Part shown: positions 45,001-53,075 of the stretch, piece after piece
Layout of the letters: every line of letters begins with the position of its first letter
Numbering within the stretch: position 1 is the first letter of the stretch
Source: Eledone cirrhosa
Lineage: Eukaryota
Assembly (NCBI GenBank): GCA_964016885.1
Contig: OZ024740.1
Span: 32,054,001-32,118,000, forward strand
Direction of reading: 5' to 3'
DNA length: 64,000 nt
Made by a program: the position numbers and the translations under genes
The notes under the pieces: generated by a model
Databases searched by the model: none
What the model saw: only the letters and a program-made list of their open reading frames with translations
Told to the model about the DNA's origin: nothing

Positions 45001-46822
45001 GTAATGAGAGGGTGATAGTATAGAACATGGTTCTGTGTAATGAGAGGATGATAGTATAGAACATGGTTCTGTGTAATGAGAGGGTGATAGTATAGAACAT
45101 GGTTCTGTGTAATGAGAGGATGATAGTATAGAACATGGTTCTGTGTAATGAGAGGGTGATAGTATAGAACATGGTTCTGTGTAATGAGAGGATGATAGTA
45201 TAGAACATGGTTTTAAGTAATGAGAGGGTGATAGTATAGAACATGGTTCTGAGTAATGAGAGGATGATAGTATAGAACATTGTTCTGAGTAATGAGAGGA
45301 TGATAGTATAGAACATGGTTCTGAGTAATGAGAGGGTGATAGTATATAACATGGTTCTAAGTAATGAGAGGATGATAGTATAGAACATGGTCCTAAGTAA
45401 TGAGAGGGTGATAGTATAGAACATGGTTCTAAGTAATGAGTGGATGATAGTATAGAACATGGTTCTGTGTAATGAGAGGGTGATAGTATAGAACATGGTT
45501 CTAAGTAATGAGAGGGTGATAGTATAGAACATGGTTCTGAGTAATGAGAGGGTGATAGTATAGAACATGGTTCTGAGTAATGAGAGGGTGATAGTATAGA
45601 ACATGGTTCTGTGTAATGAGAGGATGATAGTATAGAACATGGTTCTGTGTAATGAGAGGGTGATAGTATAGAACATGGTTCTAAGTAATGAGAGGGTGAT
45701 AATATAGAACATGGTTCTGTGTAATGAGAGTATGATAGTATAGAACATGGTTCTGAGTAATGAGAGGGTGATAGTATAGAACATGGTTCCGTGTAATGAG
45801 AGGGTGATAGTATAGAACATGGTTCTGAGTAATGAGAGGGTGATAGTATAGAACATGGTTCTGTGTAATGAGAGGATGATAGTATAGAACATGGTTCTGA
45901 GTAATGAGAGGGTGATAGTATAGAACATGGTTCTAAGTAATGAGAGGGTGATAGTATAGAACATGGTTCTAAGTAATTAGAGGGTGATAGTATAGAACAT
46001 GGTTCTGAGTAATGAGAGGGTGATAGTATAGAACATGGTTCTGAGTAATGAGAGGGTGATAGTATAGAACATGGTTCTGTGTAATGAGAGGGTGATAGTA
46101 TAGAACATGTTTCTGTGTAATGAGAGGGTGATAGTATAGAACATGTTTCTGTGTAATGAGAGGGTGATAGTATAGAACATGGTTCTGAGTAATGAGAGGG
46201 TGATAGTATAGAACATGGTTCTAAGTAATGAGAGGGTGATAGTATAGAACATGGTTCTGTGTAATGAGAGGATGATAGTATAGAACATGGTTCTGTCTAA
46301 TGAGAGGGTGATAGTATAGAACATGGTTCTAAGTAATGAGAGGATGATAGTATAGAACATGGTTCTGAGTAATGAGAGGGTGATAGTATAGAACATGGTT
46401 CTAAGTAATGAGAGGATGATAGTATAGAACATGGTTCTAAGTAATGAGAGGGTGATAGTATAGAACATGGTTCTAAGTAATGAGAGGATGATAGTATAGA
46501 ACATGGTTCTAAGTAATGAGAGGATGATAGTATAGAACATGGTTCTAAGTAATGAGAGGGTGATAGTATAGAACATGGTTCTGAGTAATGAGAGGGTGAT
46601 AGTATAGAACATGGTTCTGTGTAATGAGAGTATGATAGTATAGAACATGGTTCTGTGTAATGAGAGGGTGATAGTATAGAACATGGTTCTGTGTAATGAG
46701 AGGATGATAGTATAGAGCATGGTTCTGTGTAATGAGAGGATGATAGTATAGAACATGGTTCTGTGTAATGAGAGTATGATAGTATAGAGCATGGTTCTGT
46801 GTAATGAGAGGGTGATAGTATA
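1..46822. repeat. 36-bp tandem satellite array, about 1300 monomers, consensus GTAATGAGAGG[G/A]TGATAGTATAGAACATGGTTCT[GT/GA/AA]
   Basis: Head-to-tail 36-bp period from base 1 to an abrupt end at ...GGTGATAGTATA|AGGTTG (46822). No spacers. The ORF track shows the 12-aa period. Confidence 0.99.
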
Positions 46823-46994
46823 AGGTTGTTTGTACTTATATAAAAACCATCCGTCATAATTTTATTTAAAAATCTGATTAAAAATGAAAAAGCTAGTTAT
46901 TTTATTAAATTCCTCAAATTTTCTGGTTATTTTCAAAATCAATTTAAACAGCTAAACAGTGTATTTTACTAGAAATATGGAAACAAAGAGATAA
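46823..46994. mobile_element. Possible degenerate right half of a TTAA/piggyBac-type MITE abutting the satellite
   Basis: Ends AGAAATATGGAAACAAAGAGATAA. AAAGAGATAA (46985-46994) is 8/10 identical to the AAAGGGTTAA end of the neighbouring MITE. The body resembles my unverified recollection of an abundant octopus TTAA MITE. Confidence 0.35.
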
Positions 46995-47432
46995 ACTATT
47001 GGTTTAATTCGTCCAGCCTGTGTCAGTATCGAAAAATGAATCTAAAAATATGTCAATTTTAAATTGTAATTTATCTCAAATACCAATCTTGATTGTTATA
47101 TCAGCACTAATTTTAACATTTGTATCTTTTGTGAAGTAAACAGCTTCTTGTGTATCTTATTGAAATTTAGATATATTAACTATTATCAGTTCCCAAAATA
47201 GAGTGATAATGTAAAAAAAAAGATGTTTAACTGATATGCTCAGCTGTGAGATATTTATTGCTTTTAGTGTTAATAATGATTAGATCAGTGACACAATGTT
47301 AGCTTTATCTTGTTACTAAAACATCATGAGACATCTTTATGTGTACATATTTTAAATTAACTATAAATGTGAGGTTTGACTGTTAACATATGGTCATGAG
47401 CTCAAATGGGCAAGCTAACTGTAAACATTTAA

Positions 47433-47639
47433 CCCTTTAGCATTTAAACCGGCTCTATCCGGCCAGAATTCTCTCACCTCTTCCTGTAACTGTCCACTCA
47501 TATTGATGTTAAGGTATTGTTCTCAAAATAAATAATATCAAAATCTCATAGATTCAACATTATGTGAGATAATTATGTGAGGTAAAACCTTATGATGAAA
47601 ATATAATAGTATATATAGAGTAATGTAAATGCTAAAGGG
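47433..47639. mobile_element. piggyBac-type non-autonomous MITE (207 bp)
   Basis: Perfect 14-bp TIRs CCCTTTAGCATTTA (47433-47446) and TAAATGCTAAAGGG (47626-47639), with TTAA on both sides (47429-47432, 47640-47643). Confidence 0.88.
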
Positions 47640-47795
47640 TTAAATTATTCTGGTTTCACAACATTCAATAGATTAAATCCAAATTTCTCCCTAATGGGCT
47701 TGGTAGCATGCAGAAATGCATGTAAGCAAGAAGCATGCCCCCATTCCATCTGAGAAGTCAGTAGCTCTGATTGAGTACTGATTTGATTTGTAATG

Positions 47796-47898
47796 ACCTA
47801 TCCAACCCTTGCTAGCAGGGAAAACAGCTGTTTGTTATTGTTGTTAATGACGATGAACAACAACAACAACAACAACTAAAACTACAACTACTACTACA
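47796..47898 (+). repeat. Degenerate RTE/SINE 3' stem-loop relic followed by (AAC)n/(ACT)n microsatellite
   Basis: CCCTTGCTAGCAGGGAAAA matches the 3' ends of the RTE-B and SINE copies in this window, followed by AAC and ACT triplet runs. Confidence 0.5.
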
Positions 47899-48346
47899 AG
47901 ATGATATCTATCATAATGAAAATGATGATTATGATCCACAGGTAAAATGTTTGGCTCCAGTAATGCAAATAACCAAATTTGCAAGACACATCTCAATCAA
48001 GTACAGAAATAGAAGACACAAGCAAGATGTGATCTCTGACCTATCCAAGACTACAGCAACTGATAATATGGACAGGTTTGGACAATGATGAACTGTCTAA
48101 AACAGGAGTGTGCAACATATCCCATTGGCAAGCCACTTTTGAACATTGGAACAACTATTAGGGCCATTAATATTTATTAAGCACTATTCCAAAGATTCAC
48201 CACAACTTCTTTTCATAACATGGAACTGGGAAATTATAACACACATAACCCTATCAGTGGAGCCCTTTAGTATAGGTCAACTGGGACATTATAACACACA
48301 TAACCCTATCAGTGAAGGCCTTTAGTATAGGTCAACGGGGACATTA

Positions 48347-48616
48347 CAATTCTGATGTGTTGTTTCCTTGAGCAAGACACTTTATTTCACATTGCTCCAG
48401 TTTACTCTGCTGTAGAAATGAGATGATAGGGACTAGGGTCCCTATCATTCCACTGCAAAGTGGTCGTGGAGGTGCCATGGAAAAAAAGCACCCAGCACTC
48501 ACTGTAAATGAGGTTGGTGTTAGGAAGGGCATCCAGCTGTAGAAATCAAGCCAGAATCAGTTCCCGTCCCACCCTTGCAAGCAGGGAAAAGTGGACGTTA
48601 AATGATGATGATGATG
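48347..48616 (+). mobile_element. 5'-truncated CORE-like SINE with RTE-derived 3' tail and (ATG)n end
   Basis: TCCTTGAGCAAGACACTTTATTTCACATTGCTCC (CORE-like), then TTAGGAAGGGCATCCAGCTGTAGAAA shared with RTE 3' UTRs, a stem-loop and an ATG repeats tail. A second copy lies at 58428-58705. Confidence 0.8.
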
Positions 48617-49212
48617 ATAACCCTATCAGTGAAGCCCTTTAGTATAGGTCAACGGGGACATTATAACACACATAACCCTATCAGTGAAGCCCTTTAGTAT
48701 AGGTCAACTGGGAAATTATAACACACATAACGCTATCAGTGAAGCCCTTTAGTATAGGTCAACGGGGACATTATAACACACATAACCCTATCAGTGAAGG
48801 CCTTTAGTATAGGTCAACGGGGACATTATAACACACATAACCTTATCAGTGAAGCCCTTTAGTATAGGTCAACGGGGACATTATAACACACACAACCCTA
48901 TCAGTGAAGGCCTTTAGTATAGGTCAACGGGGACATTATAACACACATAACCCTATCAGTGAAGCCCTTTAGTATAGGTCAACGGGGACATTATAACACA
49001 CATAACCCTATCAGTGAAGCCCTTTAGTATAGGTCAACGGGGACATTATAACACACATAACCCTATCAGTGAAGTCCTTTAGTATAGGTCAACGGGGACA
49101 TTATAACACACATAACCCTATCAGTGAAGCCCTTCAGTATAGGTCAACGGGGACATTATAACACACATAACCCTATCAGTGAAGGCCTTTAGGATAGGTC
49201 AACGGGGACATT

Positions 49213-49831
49213 CATCATCATCATCATCATCAACGTTTAACGTCCGTGTTCCACGCTTGCATGGGTTTGGACGGGGGTAGTCCCACTTGAGGCAAGAGTG
49301 ATTGTCTTGCTCGCATAGGACTGTCTGGCAGGTTTTCTACAGTTGGATGCCCTTCCTAACACCAACCACATTTACAGTGTGGGTCTGGGAGGTTTTTACC
49401 GTGTTGCCTACACGGCCACATTACAGCGTGGACTGTGTGTTTTTTTGTCGTGACACCTACACGACCTCATTTGTTTCGGCCCGGATGGCGCGGCACCAAC
49501 ATAACTTTACATAGGACGGGGTGGATGGGGTGGGTGTGGTGGTGGTGGGACGGGGTGTATTTTGTTAGAGATGCCTACTGGCAAGGCGGGTCTTCTCTGT
49601 TACTGAGTACCGCCAAAGGTCTCGGTCCAGTGACATTGTCTTGGAGAGGTGTAAGTGTGTGAGGTCGGAGTTTATCAGCTCGTCCCAGGTTTTTCTAGGT
49701 CTGCCTATTCCGTGGCTACCGTCTATCTTTATTGCCCTGCACTTTGTTATACAGCTTTCGACTTTCATGCGCATCACGTGTCCATACCAATGTAGCCTTC
49801 TCTCGAGTAAACAACATCTGATCCCTCTTAT
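49213..49831 (-). mobile_element. RTE LINE subfamily A, 5'-truncated 3' fragment
   Basis: (CAT)n tail at 49213. Minus-strand translation IRGIRCCLLERRLHWYGHVMRM...GRPRKTWD matches the C-terminus of the 50827-52458 ORF. TTAT microhomology with the minisatellite at the 5' junction. Confidence 0.92.
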
Positions 49832-50186
49832 AACACACATAACGCTATCAGTGAAGCCCTTTAGTATAGGTCAACGGGGACATTATAACACACATAACCC
49901 TATCAGTGAAGCCCTTTAGTATAGGTCAACGGGGACATTATAACACACATAACCCTATCAGTGAAGCCCTTTAGTATAGGTCAACTAACAGAAAAGTGTA
50001 TTACGGTTACGAAAAAAATTCTAAATAAGACTACAAGGTAAAAATTAAAAATAGTCATCGCGGGCCGGATTGTGGCCCGCAGGCCGCCTGTTGTACACCC
50101 TGGTCTAAAAAATGCCACCATGGAAAGCAGGCATAAAAGGCTGATGATGATGATCATCATCATCATATATATATAAATATATATAT

Positions 50187-50784
50187 CATCATCATCGTTT
50201 AACGTCCGTGTTCCACGCTTGCATGGGTTTGGACGGGGGTAGTCCCACTTGAGGCAAGAGTGATTGTCTTGCTCGCATAGGACTGTCTGGCAGGTTTTCT
50301 ACAGTTGGATGCCCTTCCTAACACCAACCACATTTACAGTGTGGGTCTGGGAGGTTTTTACCGTGTTGCCTACACGGCCACATTACAGCGTGGACTGTGT
50401 TTTTTTGTCGTGACACCTACACGATCTCATTTGTTTCGGCCTGGATGGTGTGGCACCAACATAACTTTACATAGAAGGGGGCGGTGTGGATGGGGTGGGG
50501 GTGGTGGGACGGGGGTGTATTTTGTTAGAGATGCCTACTGACTGTAGTAGGTTTTACTTTGTATTTAGGTAAGACGGGTCTTCTCTATTACTGAGTACCG
50601 CCAAAGGTCTCGGTCCAGTGACATTGTCTTGGTGAGGTGTAACTGTGTGAGGTCGGAGTTTATCAGCTCGTCCCAGGTTTTCTGGGTCTGCCTATTCCGT
50701 GGCTACCGTCTATCTTTATTGCCCTGCACTTTGTTATACAGCTATCGTCCTTCATGCGCATCACGTGACCATACCAACGTAGCC

Positions 50785-50788
<4 letters not shown>
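50187..50788 (-). mobile_element. RTE LINE subfamily A, 5'-truncated 3' fragment
   Basis: Diverged reverse complement of 52234-52840. (CAT)n tail at 50187. Its 5' end abuts (TA)n. Confidence 0.92.

Positions 50789-50823
<35 letters not shown>
50788..50823. repeat. (TA)n microsatellite between two head-to-head RTE-A fragments
   Basis: About 18 TA units read directly. Confidence 0.95.
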
Positions 50824-50826
<3 letters not shown>

Positions 50827-50828
<2 letters not shown>

Positions 50829-52458
50829 CATCAAAGATATGAAGACGGGTAAGGCGGCTGGGCCTTCGGAAATAGTTGCTGAAATGCTGAAAGCTTCTGG
50901 AACGGTGGGACACACCATGATCACCCGGATAGTAAACCAAGTCATACAGAATGGGGTTGTTCCGAAGGACTGGCGTAGCAGCATCATCATTAACTGCTAC
51001 AAGGGTAAAGGAGATGCCCTAGATAGGAGTAACTATAGATGCATTAAATTAATCGACCAGGTCATGAAGGTCACAGAAAAAGTAACAGCGCAACTAATCA
51101 GAGAGAGAATTGACCTAGATGATATGCAGTTCGGGTTTGTGTCAGGCAAAAGTACCACAGACGCTCTTTTCATAGTACGACAACTACAGGAGAAGTACCT
51201 AGCTAAAAGTAAACCTCTATACTTACCTTTTGTCGACTTGGAGAAAGCCTTCGACAGAGTCTCCCGTTCCATTATCTGGTGGGCTCTTAGAAAACTAGGT
51301 GTTGATGAATGGCTTGTGAGAGCTATACAAGCCATGTATAAAGAAACAGTCAGCAAGGTTAGAATTAACAACGAATATAGTGAAGAGTTTAGCGTAAAAG
51401 TTGGTGTTCATCAGGGCTCCGTTCTTAGCCCCCTACTATTTATTATTGCCCTTCAGGCTATAACAGTGGAGTTCAAGACCGGCTGCCCATGGGAACTCCT
51501 ATACGCAGATGATCTAACGCTCATAGCTGAATCAATGGCCGAACTAGAGAAGAAATTCCAAACATGGAAGCATGGCCTAGAATCAAAAGGCCTTAAAATT
51601 AACCTGTCTAAGACTAAAGTTCTAGTTTGTAGGAAGGAAAATAGGGCGCCGGTCCCATCCAGGAAATGGCCATGCTCAGTGTGTAGGAAAGGAGTAGGTA
51701 GAAACTCCATTTTATGTCCCAAATGCAAAGTATGGGTGCATAAAAGATGTAGTGGGATCACAGGTAAGCTAACTAAGAACATAGATTTTATATGTGGCCG
51801 GTGCTCTGGTGCAATAAGTAGCAGCAAGTGCCCACAAAATACTAGCTCATTCCATTGCACAGATGGTTCTATAGAAATAGTGGACAGCTTCCGTTACCTG
51901 GGTGACAAAATCAGCAATGGGGGAGGGTGCTCTAAAAGTACAGTAGCTAGAGTCAGAACTGGATGGAAAAAGTTCAGAGAGCTTATACCACTATTAGCCG
52001 CTAAAGAGTTCTCCCTAAAAATGAAAGGCAGGCTGTACGATGCCTGCATACGAACAGCAATGTTGCATGGCAGTGAGACCTGGGCATTGTGTGCAGAGGA
52101 TATGCACAGACTGGAGAGGAACGAAGCTTGCATGCTCCGCTGGATGTGTAATAGTAATATACGTGAACGGCAAAGCATAAACGAACTAAGGGAAAAATTA
52201 GAAATAAGAGGGATCAGATGTTGTTTACTCGAGAGAAGGCTACGTTGGTATGGTCACGTGATGCACATGAAAGACGACAGCTGTATAAAAAAGTGCAGGG
52301 CAATAAAAATAGACGGTAGCCACGGAGTAGGCAGACCCAGAAAAACCTGGGACAACTTGATAAATTCCGACCTCACACACTTACACCTCTCCAAGACAAT
52401 GTCACTGGACCGAGATCTTTGGCGCTACACAGTAATAGAGAAGACCCGCCTTACCTAA
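50827..52458 (+). pseudogene. Non-LTR (RTE clade) reverse transcriptase ORF2 fragment, about 543 uninterrupted codons, no endonuclease domain
   Basis: Motifs KAAGPSEI, YKGKGD, QFGF, FVDLEKAFDRV, GVHQGSVLSPLLF, LYADD (YADD at 51502-51513), FRYLG, RLRWYGHV, GRPRKTW. The first 66 aa of the 609-aa track ORF are spurious (inverted RTE plus TA run). Confidence 0.93.
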
Positions 52459-52840
52459 GTACATAGTGAAACCTACTACAGTCAGTAGGCACCTCTAACA
52501 AAATACACCCCCATCCCACTACCCCCACCCCATCCACACCACCCCTTTCAATGTAAAGTTATGTTGGTACCACAACATCCAGCCCGAAACAAATGAGGTC
52601 GTGTAGGTGTCATGACAAAAAAACACACAGTCCACGCTGTAATGTGGCCGTAAAAACCTCCCAGTTCCACACTGTAAATGTGGTTGGTGTTAGGAAGGGC
52701 ATCCAGCCGTAGAAAACCCGCCAGACAGTCCTATGCAAGCAAGACAACCACTCTTGCCTCAAGTGGGAAAACTCCCGTCCAAACCCATGCAAGCGTGGAA
52801 TATTCACGTTAAACGATGATGATGATGATGATGATGATGA
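50827..52840 (+). mobile_element. RTE LINE subfamily A, 5'-truncated (RT, PHD, C-terminal region, 3' UTR, (GAT)n tail)
   Basis: RT ORF to TAA at 52458, about 380-bp 3' UTR with TTAGGAAGGGCATCCAGCCGTAGAAA, a terminal stem-loop and a (GAT)n tail. Confidence 0.95.
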
Positions 52841-52919
52841 TATATAAATGAAAAGTATAGAAATTATGGTAACAAGAAGCCAACAGTATTCCATAATAAT
52901 TCTCTAACCACTCAGCCAC

Positions 52920-52950
<31 letters not shown>

Positions 52951-52951
<1 letters not shown>

Positions 52952-53062
52952 GTGGCTGAGTGGTTAGAGAATTAGGTTCGCAATCGTGAGGTTGTGAGTT
53001 TGATTCCCGGACCGGGCGATGCGTTATGTCCTTGGGCAAGACACTTTATTTCATGTTGCTCC
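52951..53062 (+). mobile_element. tRNA-derived SINE 5' head with CORE-like domain
   Basis: Pol III A box TGGCTGAGTGG (52953-52963), B-box-like GAGTTTGATTCC, then GTCCTTGGGCAAGACACTTTATTTCATGTTGCTCC. Confidence 0.8.
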
Positions 53063-53075
53063 TACTACGTGGAGT

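Larger units (their letters stand above)
48224..49986. repeat. 55-bp minisatellite, about 16 units, interrupted twice
   Basis: Unit TTATAACACACATAACCCTATCAGTGAAGCCCTTTAGTATAGGTCAACGGGGACA starts at 48234, 48289, 48661, 48716, 48771 ... 49156, then 49828, 49883, 49938. Confidence 0.95.
48103..50102. mobile_element. hAT (Charlie-like) non-autonomous element with internal minisatellite and nested retroelements
   Basis: Exact 8-bp TSD GTCTAAAA (48095-48102 and 50103-50110). Imperfect TIRs CAGGAGTGTGCAAC / GTTGTACACCCTG. GC-rich subterminal GCGGGCCGGATTGTGGCCCGC typical of hAT ends. Confidence 0.85.

Noticed and set aside
97-46792. Giant minus-strand ORFs (MFYTITLSLLRT, PCSILSPSHYTE repeats, up to 3446 aa)
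   Set aside because: Openness follows from the monomer lacking TTA/TCA on +. Stop-creating variants (AATTAG, GGTCAT, GGAACTAG) and frameshifting 37-bp units were themselves amplified, which argues against coding selection.
1-46822. CRISPR array (36-bp repeats that can be phased GTTCT...AGAAC like type II/VI direct repeats)
   Set aside because: Units are head-to-tail with no unique spacers, there are no cas genes, and the context is eukaryotic retroelements.
1-46822. Telomeric or telomere-like repeat
   Set aside because: No TTAGGG/TTAGG arrays, and the G-rich strand runs toward the unique DNA rather than toward the open end.
46297-46857. ORF starting at an ATG in the unique flank and reading into the array (MTDGFYISTNNLILSPSHY...)
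   Set aside because: Any upstream in-frame ATG would do this. It stops after 186 codons and has no promoter or splice support.
47942-48075. Possible exon CAG|GTAAAATG...GACAG|GT with an open frame
   Set aside because: No polypyrimidine tract, no recognisable protein, and part of it resembles an old retroelement tail.
49518-49558. G-quadruplex-like G-run tract (also ~50477-50517)
   Set aside because: Simply the antisense of the C-rich stretch in the RTE-A 3' UTR. No locus-specific evidence.
50629-50826. N-terminal 66 aa of the 609-aa ORF
   Set aside because: Antisense RTE fragment plus (TA)n (YIYI), in frame by chance.
52951-53015. Functional tRNA gene
   Set aside because: A/B boxes run directly into a CORE-like SINE body with no clear acceptor stem, so it is treated as a SINE head.
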